A DNA stretch of 64,000 nt, taken from NCBI GenBank assembly GCA_001662655.1, contig KV460208.1; one strand, given 5' to 3'. The notes under the pieces were generated by a model. That model was not told the origin of the DNA and searched no databases. It worked only from the letters and a program-made list of their open reading frames with translations. Origin of the DNA: Pseudogymnoascus verrucosus. Taxonomy: Eukaryota. The position numbers and the translations under genes are program-made. Below, piece by piece: positions 11,769 through 23,385 of this stretch. The number at the start of each line of letters is the position of its first letter. Position 1 is the stretch's first letter.

Positions 11769-13339
11769 CTAGTGAGCAGCCACAGCCTGGAGGGTATCCG
11801 TAATCCCCTGCGGCGGCGGCACCCCACGATCAGAGCACCACTTCTCTACCTCCTTCTTCAAGCCATCCCTCTGCCTCTCAGCCGTATCCAACATCTCCTT
11901 CACCTCCTCCCCAGCCTTGCTACCCGCCGGAACACTCTTGAGTGCCTTACCCTCACCAGCTTCAGTCATAGCATCAAGCACCGCAACAAGCTGGTTAGGC
12001 AACCAAGTAACAATAGGGCTTCCACCAGTAGCGGTAGGATGCGAAGTCTTCTTGAGGATGTACTCGCGAGTGAAGCACCAGTGGCGGTAGCGGAAATCAC
12101 GCACCTGGTCGAGAAGACGGAGGTAGCGCAGCGCGGAGCTCGGCTCGGAGAGCGCGTAGCTCTTGAAGGAGACGGAGAGAGAGAGGTTGGCGATGTGGGA
12201 GAGGAAGTCGCGGTGGTTGCCGGGGCGGTAGGAGCGGAAGTCTTTGAGGATCGTGGTGAGGGGGGTGGAGGGCATGGAGATGGAGAGGAGGTTGTCTAGG
12301 AGGGGGATCTGGGGTGGGGGTTAGCTCGGCTGGTGGGGTAGGGAAAGGCTGGGGGTGGGTCGCTTACCATGCTGTCGTTTGCGCCGGACTCGCCGCGGAA
12401 GGAGAGAGGGGTCTCGGAGACACCTTCGTAGACGACGCCGTTGGGGAACATGGACTGGGAAGTGATACCCATGATGAAGGTGCGGAAGTCAATGTAGTCT
12501 CCTGGCTTGGAGTTTGCCCACATACCTGGCACGTGTTAGTTCTTGTCCACCATATATATCGAAGGGAAGATAGAGCACTTACGTTCCATAACCTGGTTAA
12601 CCTTCTTGATAGCCTCGAAAGCCTGATCAAGTCCATCATCCATCTCTTGCCTATCATCCCTCCCACACCCATCAAGAGCCCTGACACAACCCTCAACCAA
12701 AGGCCCAGAGTTCTTTACCATCTCCACGTGAGTAAGGACAAAGCCAGCCTCAGAGCTGGTTGGGTCAAGACCTTTCTCAAAGGCACGGATCAGACGAAGG
12801 TTGGTGTACTTCATGCCAGCATCTGGGTTCTCGAGCTTGTAGTTGTACAGCGCGTACGAGCCAGCATACTCCATGAAAGGCTGGAAGCCAGCAAGGCGGG
12901 CGCAGACAGAGAGGGGGAGGGCAATAGACCGGGGGAGGCTCTGGCGACCGAGACCGTATGGTGACTTGGCCATGTAGGCCATGTGGCAAGGCTCGAGGAG
13001 GTAGGCCGAGGCGATGAAGGAGTAGTCTCTGTACAGCGCGGTTTGGATGCAGAGGTTATCGGCATACTTCTCGACGGCAGCGGAGAGGTCAGTTAGCTCA
13101 GCCGTGACGGTATCTCCCAAGGCGCCCTTGGCGAGGAGACCGGGCTCGCCTGATAACGTGACTATGGGCATACGCTCGAGGATGGAGCTTAATGCAGCAA
13201 ACTCCTCTGGTAGGTCGACAACGGGATCAGCACGTGGCAGGAATCCACGAGAGGTAGAGGCCATGAAGGGTGGCAAGGTTGTGTCCTCTGGCCGTGTATC
13301 GGCGAGGACATTGAAGGTGGGCTCGCTGTTAGAACCCAT
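11769..13339 (-). CDS. Indoleamine 2,3-dioxygenase family protein (fungal IDO-gamma/IdoC-like), two introns
   Basis: RGFLPR, YRDYSFIASAYLLEP, FMEYAGSYALYNY, SEAGFVLTHV, FRGESGANDSM, FRYRHWCFTREYI and ATGGSPIVTWLPNQL. Confidence 0.9.
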
Positions 13340-14342
13340 TGTGATAATTGATGGAGATGTTATAGAAGTTGTCTGGTGTGAAACAAAAAGCGTTGGAAGA
13401 CTTGAGGTCTCGAGGATATGGTAGAGAGATGATGTGAAGAGAAAGAGAAAGGAAACTGTCCATTGTGGGCAAAATTTTCGCTTTTATCTCAGAGGCCGGT
13501 ATTCATTCCGGCCTCAATCGTCGGATGACCTTCCCCTCTCGTTTCCAACAAGGGGGACGTGGGAAGAAGTTACGCAATGAGAATTTGAGATTGGACGAGT
13601 CCCAGGAAATGAATTTCCAAGCCCGTTATACAATGGGGACCTAACAAAGCAACGTTGTCATGATGCTGACGATATGTGTCGGCGTGAGAGGCAGTGACAC
13701 TACTTCCATGACGCCTAGAAGCATATATAGGGGTATATCCATCACTTGTGGTTACACAAAAAGCAAAAGAAGACATAACAACATAGCAGCGCTTCAGAGA
13801 TGACTTGAAATGGCTTTAAACCTGATAAATATGACAAAAATTGGTCCTTATACTCTCTCCATCACCCTTTCCCCGCGGTGAGATACTGAGGTCTGCCGCT
13901 TTGACGTTGCCAATGTTTGGTTCTGAGTTAACCCGTATTGGTGTTTGGTGGGTCAGTGGCCGGAATGACACCGGCCTCGCACGTGACTTAATCATTTGTG
14001 GAGTCGGTTATCTTCGGTGAGTGACTAATGGGAGCTTGGTGTTAGATTGGCGGGGATTATCACGTGACCACATATACTACCAGTACAGTCATGTGACTTG
14101 TCCCGCCTTTTCCAAGAGTTTCCCCAGTTGCGCACGGCCCCACTCCTCGAGGCGACAGGTAAGGCTGAGAATATTGCCGGAAGGTAAGCCATTGAGGGGC
14201 TCACGCTCAATGGTAGGAAAGAATGAGGCCGCAAGGCGCGGTCCGTGATAATGCCTCATGCAGCCGGATATATGGACGACGTCGTAGCTTGCATCCGTGA
14301 TATTTCTCCAGGTGACAGAATTCCATCAATGTCTTCACAGCC

Positions 14343-15137
14343 ATGGAAGCCGGCCTCACAGAAAGCCATATCGAAGACTCAGCGGAGAATATGTCAGACC
14401 CAACCCCTCAAGACGATGCACCACATACTAACCTTTCTCCCAGCCCTCCAACCTCTTCCACCCTTCCCCCCCTCCCAAACGAACTCCTCACCCTAATCCT
14501 CACCTTCCTCCCCACCACCCCCAACTCCCACCTCATCGCCTCCACAACCTCCCTCCCCCTCCTCCCCAACACCCCCCACCCCACCCCCCTCAAATCCGCC
14601 TCCCTCGTCTCCCGCACCTTCCGCCACGCCGCCCTCCCCCTCCTCTTCGGCCACCCCCGGCTCTTCATCCAATACCAAGACGACATCCTCGCCTCGCTGC
14701 TCCCGCTCCTGGCATTTCTCACAGCGCATAACCTCGCGCCTATCGTGTCGTCGTTTGTGCTTTTCGAAGATTGGGTGTCCGACCATGAACGGCTTCCGAG
14801 GCCGCGGGCGGAGGACTTCTGGGATGCGCTGTTCGCAGTTATAGCTCCGGAGACGGTGCTGATCACCACGCTGCCACTGGTCCTGCCGTATTTCCTCGGC
14901 GAGCAGGTGCACGGCGTTGATGTCAACTTGACGACGGAGCAGTATGGGAGTGTGCTGCTTGAACGGGGTTGGGTGGGGGAGGTGGAGAGGACCGAGAGGG
15001 GGAGGAGACCGAAGTTGTTGCTGGGGAAGATTAGGGCGAAGCGCTTGCCGGCGTTGATGGGGGTGTTGGAGGATAATGCGGTGGCGGTTAGGAGGCTGTG
15101 GTATACGACGTTTGAGGGGGAGACGAAGATGTTTTGA
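14343..15137 (+). CDS. F-box-like hypothetical protein, possibly truncated
   Basis: LPPLPNELLTLILTFL and LKSASLVSRTFRHAALPLLF resemble an F-box motif. The short C-terminal part is not recognisable. Confidence 0.55.
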   Translation: MEAGLTESHIEDSAENMSDPTPQDDAPHTNLSPSPPTSSTLPPLPNELLTLILTFLPTTPNSHLIASTTSLPLLPNTPHPTPLKSASLVSRTFRHAALPLLFGHPRLFIQYQDDILASLLPLLAFLTAHNLAPIVSSFVLFEDWVSDHERLPRPRAEDFWDALFAVIAPETVLITTLPLVLPYFLGEQVHGVDVNLTTEQYGSVLLERGWVGEVERTERGRRPKLLLGKIRAKRLPALMGVLEDNAVAVRRLWYTTFEGETKMF

Positions 15138-15331
15138 GGCGACAGTAGGTGGTTCATAGCACGTAAAGGCCGGTGCTTGGGCCTGGTGAAGGCAAGGAGG
15201 GACACACGGGTCTTTCAGACGGACATATAGTGGTTATAGCTTTTTATAATTTATTTTCCCTATATCACACGCTCTTCGTTCTTTCTACATGCCTCCCAAA
15301 TCATACAGCCAGCCTCTCTCCATCCATCCAT

Positions 15332-15911
15332 CTACAACTTGGCCTTCGTCTGCGCGCGCTTGAGAATCGGCTCCATCTTCGTCGCCTTCATCACATCACC
15401 CTTAACCTTCAGCTTGCCGCTCATGAACAGCCTCTGTGCGTTCGCCTTGCCAGCAACGAGCTTGCCGAAGTCCTCATCGGAGAGGGAGAGGGTGACTGTT
15501 GGTGCTTCAGTTAGCTTCAATTCCCCCTTGGCAAGTTTCAACTCCCCCCAATTGTTTGCGCGATCGATGGGGGGCGTCAGGGGTAAAATCCCCCAAAAAT
15601 GACGTACCAGTAGGCTTATCACCAAGTCCCTTGTTAACAACACCATCCTTCTTCAAGTCGATGTGCCAGCTGTCCGTCTCCCCAGCCTTGTTCTTAAGGG
15701 TGAAAGCAAAGACCGACTGGCCTGCCTTGATCGCGTTCTTGCGCTCAGCATCATCAGACTGCAGCGAGGCGTTGATGGCATCGAAGGCCTCGGAGGAGGG
15801 GAATGCGGCTGTTGCACCAACTAATTAGCTCCTACTTCCTTTCCCTTCCCCATCATGCGATCCGATCGATCGATTGATTGATTGCGCGCTCTTACCGTTC
15901 TTGAGAGACAT
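15332..15911 (-). CDS. Peroxisomal SCP2 sterol/lipid carrier protein (POX18-like), two introns
   Basis: MSLKN spliced to AAFPSSEAFDAI, then WHIDLKKDG, VTLSLSDEDFGKLVAGKANAQRLFMSGKLKVKGDVMKA. Ends in the PTS1 AKL. Confidence 0.92.
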
Positions 15912-16647
15912 TATGAAGGATTGATTTATTATCGAGTTTATTGGGAGTTGGTATAGATGTGTTCGTAGTAATTATTTCAAAGAAGCCCGGTTAAAGAAAT
16001 CGGGGGTCGCTCGGGGGTATTAATAGCGGATGCTCGAACTTGGCCCTTACTCCTCCCGCGCCGCCGCGCCCAGCATGTGACGGTCGCGATTCCCGAGCAC
16101 CACCACCCACACACGCTGTTGGGGGTTTTGTGGGGAACCCTTGTCAGCCGAGGCTTCCCGTGAAGCTGCTGCTCTTGACGCTGTCAGTTCGAATTTTGTT
16201 GAGTGCTGAGGATGAGTGACAGGGATCTTGCGAACTTTTGGTTTTTGGCTTATTAAGAAGGTCAGGGGAGGTCGGTTATGGTGGTTTTTATTACAGCATT
16301 TGGCGATTTTATGGTGTACTCTTTGGTTTTTTATATGGTTTTTTTTGGTGACGGCAGGCAGGTGGGTGGCTGGCTTGTGGCGTTTGTCTACTACTACCGG
16401 CCGGAAGCTCACGTGCGTTGGGGGAGGATAGGATAAGGGGGGACGTCATAAGCGGGTCTGGGAATTTGGGTCTTCCCCAGCCCAGGGACAGACGGGTTGA
16501 GACAGCATATGTCTCCTTCTTTTCTTCTCCACATGCTTGGAGAGGACGAAAATATCTCCGAGATTCTTGAGATCTTGAGCTTGTAGGGTGTTGGTGCGGC
16601 TGATTGAGGGGTAATTTTGATTTTTGCGAGTTTTTGGAGTATGAGAT

Positions 16648-16836
16648 GGTATCACGGGCTACATCTTTGTCCGAGTCTTACTACTAACTGTTATCTATGG
16701 AGTGCACTGCATGAAGGGTTTGCCCTTGTTAATTTTTTAATATTTTTTGGCCATAAGACGGTATCACGGGCTTGATCTTGTCCGGGTCTGTCTTACTACT
16801 AACTATTATCTATGGAGTTCACTGCATGAAGGGTTT
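16648..16836. repeat. Imperfect direct duplication of about 75 bp
   Basis: GGTATCACGGGCT...CTTACTACTAACT(G/A)TTATCTATGGAGT(G/T)CACTGCATGAAGGGTTT at 16648-16721 and 16760-16836. Confidence 0.85.
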
Positions 16837-16942
16837 ATCTTCCTGGGATTGATCTATGAGGTCTAAGTCTCAATGCCCTCTATGTCTCTGTCTCACGGTT
16901 ATTCGTTACTTCAGTTTTTCACTCCTACCCAAACTCACTCTC

Positions 16943-18056
16943 TCAGACGTCTAAAAGCGCCTTCCTCGTATCATAGTCGTACTCAAGCTTTCCAATCCAA
17001 TAATCGCTTGACTCAGCCCTAACACCCCTCCAAGCCTCATCCAAAGCCTTAACCACAACCTCCGGCAACGGCCCCGCCTCCATAGCATCAAGATTCTGCT
17101 CCAACTGCGCCAAGCTACTCACCCCAAGAACAACAGCATCCTTCCCCCCCCCCACAATCTCCAACCCACTATGATGCACAATCCACCTAATCGCCACCTC
17201 CACGAGCGTCAACCCCTCCCCCTCCACCACCCCCCTCACCCCCCCCAACGCCTCAAACACCCCCCTCCTAAAATACCTCTCCCGATACCTCTCCCCCCTC
17301 TTCCCATCAACATCCGAAAACCGCCCCTCCTCCGGCCTCTCCGCCTCAGACACATACTTCCCCGAGAAAATCCCCGCCGCGAGGGGGTTATACGCATAGA
17401 ACGCTAACCCGTACCGCCTCAGCGCCGGGAACAGCTCAGCCTCCGCCCCGCGCGTGAGCGCATTATACATCCCCTGATAGATCGTCGGACGCACCCATCC
17501 GCGCATCTGGCACGTCACGACGATCTCCGCGACCTCGAAGGCAGCGAAGTTGCTGAGTCCGAAACGCACAAACTTCCCGGCCTTGTGCAGTTTATCCACC
17601 GCCTCCAGCGTCTCAGGGAACGGCACGCTCCGGTCCGCGGTGTGGAGGTAGAAGATATCCACGCACTCCGTTCCCAGCTCCCTCAGACTCTCCTCAACTT
17701 TCCCAGGTAAGTTCGCGGCGCTGTGACCGTGGTGCGTTTCGGGGAGAGACTTCGTAGCGAGGGTGAGACCGCGCTCTTTCCACCCCGCGGCGCGGGTGAA
17801 GGCTTCTTGGGTGCCGTTGCCGTAGGTGCGCGCGGTGTCGACTTCGTGGTAGCCGCGCGACTGGTAGACGTCGAGGATGGTGGTGAAGGCGGGGAGGGAG
17901 GTGATGCGCGCGCCGCCGGTGGGCTGGAGGGAGAAGGGGGGGTTAGCTGGCGGCGGCGGGGGGAGGGGAGGTGTGGTGGCTTAGACTTGCGTCGGGGCCG
18001 AAGGTCAGGAGACCTAGGACGGCGTGGGGGGTGGGTGAGGGTGGGATGAGAGGCAT
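16943..18056 (-). CDS. Aldo-keto reductase (AKR7/aflatoxin B1-aldehyde reductase-like) with a GC-AG intron
   Basis: VLGLLTFGPD spliced to PTGGARI, then EVDTARTY, DIFYLH, GLSNF, PTIYQGMYNALTR, AYNPLAAG and VLGVSSLAQLEQNL. Confidence 0.9.
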
Positions 18057-19084
18057 TTTTTGAGGTTGTGCGTGTTGTGTTTTGTTGAGTCGTGGGGGGG
18101 AGGGAGCCTATTCCCGCGAAGGCGTCACTGTAGTCACTACCATTAGTAAAGGCGGTTTGAAAACGGTTCTTTGATGGGATATACACAATATAAAGTATAA
18201 AATCTCAGTGTGTAGCTAGCTGGTGGTATGTAGCTAGTCGACGTGACAGCGGAGACGGCGGATGGCGGATGGTGAGGGAGGGAGGGAGGGAAGCGGGGTG
18301 GCAGGTGGGTGTCCAGGCACAATGCGGGGAAAAGCAGAAGGGCCCGTTGTATATGGGGGTTTTATGGCTTGGGGCATGGGGCCTTACCTGGCTGGTGGCG
18401 TCGATGACGATATTGTCGGTGGTGGTGTGGTTGTGGTGGTGGGTGGGTGTAGGAGGATAAAATAAGAAATTCAAAAAGATGATCTGTTGATGATGGGTGA
18501 GTATTATAGATATTATAGACGTTATATACACATATTCGATAATATTAGACATACTCCACATATAAAATGCACGCTGATTACCTGACGTCCCTGCGAGCTG
18601 AAAACCCCGTAGTAAATCTGGCTACGATGACCGTTTTCACAGGCGTGTTCAGCCATACTGAGGCTGAGAGCATGGCCCGATTGACACTAGCACGGATTTG
18701 TCAGCGAATTATTCAAGACAAAAGGCGACATTCCCGCTTCCAACAGTTTGATGCACACATTAACAGGGTTCCCCTAATTATATCATCTTTGTTTCAAAAT
18801 TAGCTTGCAGGTCGATGCTATAGCTACTAATGTGGCCGGTGTACGGCACTGACTATGCATGGGGGATGCAGTTCAGCAGTACAGGAGTACAGGACTCGTC
18901 ACTTGGGGAGGGGATGGGCATTGTGGTGGTGATGTCCGCGATGATGTAAGTTCCGTCTCATGTGGTGCCAGCTTCTAGAAAGTCATGGAAAGTAGATAGA
19001 GCTATGTGACAAGAGGCTAAACTTTGGAGGTCGGTGGGAAAAGTTAAGTGGATAATGATCAAAGTGTAAATAGCGCTACAAGGC

Positions 19085-20150
19085 CTAAATATCCTCTACT
19101 ACCAAAGCTCCTCGCCTAAGTAAAAGCTGCACGACGGCCTCGTGCGCGTTCCCTGCCGCCTAAAACAGCGGTGTCTGGCTGTACGTATCCTTTGCATCCA
19201 CCTCGGGGCCCTGCTCGAGCAGCAGCTTAGCCACAGCCTCGTGCCTGTTCCTTGCCGCCCAGGATAGCGGCGTCCGGCCGTAGTCATCCTTCGCATCCAC
19301 CTCAGCACCCCTATCGAGAGTCTTGAGCAGCAGCTTAGCCACGGCCTCGTGCCCGTTTCCTGCCGCCCAGGATAGCGGCGTCCGGCCGTACGTTGTGTCC
19401 TTCGCATCCACCTCAGCACCCCTGTGGAGCAGCAGCTTAGCCACGGCCTCGTGCCCGTTCCTTGCCGCCCAGGATAGCGGCGTCCGGCCGTACTTTGTGT
19501 CCTTCGCATCCACCTCGGCGCCCTCCTCGAGCAGCAGCTTAGCCACGGCCTCGTGCCCGTTCCCTGCCGCCCAGGATAGCGGCGTCCGGCCGTACTCTGT
19601 GTCCTTCGCATCCACCTCGGCGCCCTGCTTTAGCAGCAGCTTAGCCACGGCCTCGTGCCCGTTCCCTACCGCCCAGGATAGCGGCGTCCGGCCGTAGTCA
19701 TCCTTCGCATCCACCTCAGCACCCCTATCAAGAGTCTTGAGCAGCAGCTTAGCCACGGCCTCGTGCCCGTCTCCTGCCGCCCAGGATAGCGGCGTCCGGC
19801 CGTACGTTGTGTCCTTCGCATCCACCTCAGCACCCCTGTGGAGCAGCAGCTTAGCCACGGCCACGTGCCCGTTCCCTGCCGCCCAGGATAGCGGCGTCTG
19901 GCCGTACGTGTCCTTTGCATCCACCTCAGCACCCCTATCGAGAGTCTTGAGCAGCAGCTTAGCCACGGCCTCGTGCCCGTTCCCTGCCGCCCAGGATAGC
20001 GGCGTCCGGCCATACTCTGTGTCCTTCGCATCCACCTCAGCGCCCTTCTCGAGCAGCAGCTTAGCGACAACCTCGTGCCCATTCGCTGCCGCCCAGGATA
20101 GCGGCGTCCGGTCGTACCTAGCACCCTTAGAGTCGACATCGACATTAGAC
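19085..20150 (-). repeat. Tandem array of 10 highly similar ankyrin-coding repeats (about 99-111 bp units)
   Basis: Near-identical units CCCAGGATAGCGGCGTCCGGCC...AGCAGCAGCTTAGCCAC encoding AEVDAKDxxYGRTPLSWAAGNGHEAVAKLLL. Confidence 0.95.
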
Positions 20151-23011
20151 TTCCCCTCGACTAGAAGTTTCACAGCAGTCACAAGACCGAAAGTACATGT
20201 AATGATTAAATCGTTACTATTCACGGGTGGTAAACCCCAACGCTCCAGGCCAAGTTCCCGAAACCATAATGAGAACCTTTGAGACGTAGTATCGCAGAGT
20301 TGGAGCGCATCCTTCCCCAACTCTTCGTCGGCATACTTTCCGGCTTGTTGGAAGTGGAATGTCCAATTTATTGATGCATATGAGAGGAAAGAGCGACTGG
20401 TTCTAAATTCAAGTTGGAGGTACCACATACACGCTTTTAACGCCTCTAAATGCGAGAGCTCGTGTGCAAATGTATTCTCCCAACACAAAGGACTCCAAGA
20501 GTTGAGGATGCCGTTGTTGCTGGTAAGAAACTCTTTGGCCGTTTGGTGAATTAGATATATCTTTTGATCAACAATACTGACAAACAGGCCGCAGAAATCC
20601 TCGATCTTCCTTTGAAATTCCGCCTCCGTTCTGTCTAATTCTAACTTTCGGTCGCTCTTTGGGATATAGTGGTCGCCATTTTCTTCCATGTCTAGTATCT
20701 CGAGGGCTATGTTCATTTCTTTTAAGGTTAGCGGTCTCTCCGCTGCCAAAATAAGACGTAACACCCTTTGGGCTTGATATGGTTTCGTTGCTCTTTTCAG
20801 AATGTTTTCATAAGCTTCGTTAACAGAAAGTGGTATTGTTTCTATGAGCCGTGTCAACCTCCGTTCTGTTGACTCAAGCGATCTTGAAATCTCTTGGAGC
20901 ATCAAATACACCCATAGATAGGTTCGATTATTATGGGTTTTAAGATGCTGTATGAGGCTGGTTTGGGTTCCATCGCTAAGTGGAGGGCGGCGGCCGCTGC
21001 CGATACGGGTGATCTCGCTGGCAATCACAAGGTCAACCTCTCTACAAATATTTTCTGACACTTCATTTCCATCGAGCTGGATTGAAGGCAAATCATCAAC
21101 TTTGAACTCTATACTGAGTTCGTTGTATGGCCGGCTGGTGACAATGAACTTGAGTTTAGAGGTGGACGTTTTCGAGTCGCGATGGAAACTGCTGATATAA
21201 TTGATTAATGAATTTCTATTCGACAGTTCGCATTCGTCAAGCGCATCGAAGAGACATATGATAGGGCCAGCGTTTGCATCCGACGCAGCCTTGATCAAAA
21301 TATTCCAAAGCGTCCTGAAAGGAAACTTCGGTCCGTGAATCTCGTAATCTGGTATTGCGTGTTCTTTTATGAGCCATGGCTTCTGCCTAAAGAGCTGATG
21401 AAGTATAGAGCGAAGCGCATTGATCCCGCTCCCCCGCTCTGCATCATCTTTGAAGAAGAAGTAGCATATTGATGCCGTCTTTGTATCTGGATTCCCGGCA
21501 TGGAGCAATCCCTCATCCACTAATGCCTTAGAGAGAACTGATTTGCCGCATCCCGGGCCTGCGGTAACCCAGAGAAGATTTTTTGTGGTATCTTGGCACC
21601 ATGCAAGAAACTTTTCATGTTGGAGGAACCATTCACATGTCCCCTCTACCCGTTCTGGGTTCACATCTTTTTGATCCTGGTAGGGGAAAGAAAGTGCCTG
21701 CATACACTTTTTCTCATCGCCTGTCAATGATCGATCAGCGCGGATCTTATCCATCATATCCTTGATCCTGCCTGACACGAGTTTGAAGTTTGGGTCCTCA
21801 GGTCCCCGATATTTGTTCATCATTGCGTGACGAACGTCAAGTGGGATGTGCTCGTGGCAATCTAAACAAGCGGAGACTTTATCCACTAGCTTTATAACAT
21901 TAAATGCTAGTCTTATTCGTGGCTGGTTACAAAACTTACAAGCATTTCCTTGACTGGCAAATTCCGACTGATCGCATTGGACACCTGCGTTTTTCGAGTT
22001 TCGTAAAAACATCGTACCTCAATTCCTGCCTGCGTCCGACTTCGCACCGTCAATTTCCCGAATTCTGCTACCAGGTTTTCTAGCCTGCTAGAGTTTTCCT
22101 TTAGGTCGTCAAGAAGCGTATCAGAGGACTCCTGGTCTGGGCCAAGAATTCCAAAAATGAGGTTTTTCCAGCCCGCGAAAGTTGCTGCTTTAGTTCCTCG
22201 CAGCGGTGATCCCAAGAATATGACACCAGCCGTCTGATCGAACAAAGCCTTTTTGCGTTCCGCATCGCGAAATGCAGTCAATAGCGCCTGTTGTTTTACT
22301 CGTGAGCTTTGACCAGCAGTGTTCAGAGCGCAGCAAACGTTTAAATATTCTTACCTCAGCAACCACAACGCCACCAAAGCAGGATCCAATGAAGATAATT
22401 TTTCTCGACTCAAAGTCACCACGTCTGTCCTTCATACAATTTAATAAGGCCATAGCAAGGCCATCAATTTTCACTGTTTGAGCATCATGCGAATAGTTTG
22501 AGTTGTAGTCAAACGCCCAAATTCGAGCTCCCTTGACGACTGAAGGTAACATGTTGGCATCTTTCAGCCAGTAGAAGGAACGGCCCCTTGGCTCTGTGTC
22601 CCGCTCGTATGCGGTCCATGTTTTTGGAGAGATGGTCTCAATACCGTGGACTGCGATGATGCTACATATGAATTAGTCTGTGTCTTTGATTCGAAAAATG
22701 GATGCATACTCCACAGTAGTATCGCCTTTCAACCCATCGGCAGGAAATATTGGATAAAGCCTTGGAAGTTGGATGACCTTGGGATTGTCACTGTGTGGGC
22801 GGCTAGCAGAGAGACAAACCGGTGACGGAGTTGATGGTATCTCCGGTTGAGGAGTAGAGATCAACCCGTAAGCTTTGCTCAAGTCGAATAAAAAAACCCT
22901 CTTGAATTTGTAGCCTCGTACCGATTGAAAAACAAGCCGTAATAAACGCCAAGAATGATACGCCAACCAAGACGGCAGTATGGCGAGTATAAAATAGAGA
23001 GCCGAAGTCAT
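19160..23011 (-). CDS. Fungal NLR-like protein: N-terminal hydrophobic segment, SesB-like alpha/beta-hydrolase, NACHT NTPase, ankyrin repeats; multi-exon
   Basis: DIIAVHG, ARIWAFDYNS, IIFIGSCFGG and GVIFLGSPLRGT (hydrolase). RVEGTCEWF, Walker A AGPGCGKSVL, Walker B CLFDALDEC, KFIVTSRP and LIHQTAKEFL (NACHT). Ten ankyrin repeats. The 5' exon boundaries are less certain. Confidence 0.88.
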
Positions 23012-23385
23012 GAAGTTGGTTTAGTAGGACACTCCGCAGTGGAGGGGTGTTGAAAGGGTAGAGGAGACGGCCCGTGCCGAGCAGCTGAGCTGTCCACCCC
23101 GTTTCTCAAGAGTTTGCCGATAATAGAATGACATCCAAGAAGGTGCGTAATTCAGAGGTGCGTAATTCATAGAGCATTATCCCGGAGAAGCTGTAGTTGT
23201 CTCGAGAAGACAAGATGGATACGTTACAGTCACGTGGGCGCATACAGACAATTTCCTATAGGTGAATCGTACAGGGGTTGTCAGCCTCACTTGAAGAACT
23301 TGAAGAAATATGGGTGGTTGCTGGCGGAACATTCAAAGTTCAACATTGGAATTCCTTGTCCCCCTAGTCTGTGGTAACCGTAACA

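Noticed and set aside
19085..20150. Regular repeat array resembling CRISPR or satellite DNA
   Set aside because: The units are in-frame ankyrin codons with no unique spacers, in a eukaryotic context.
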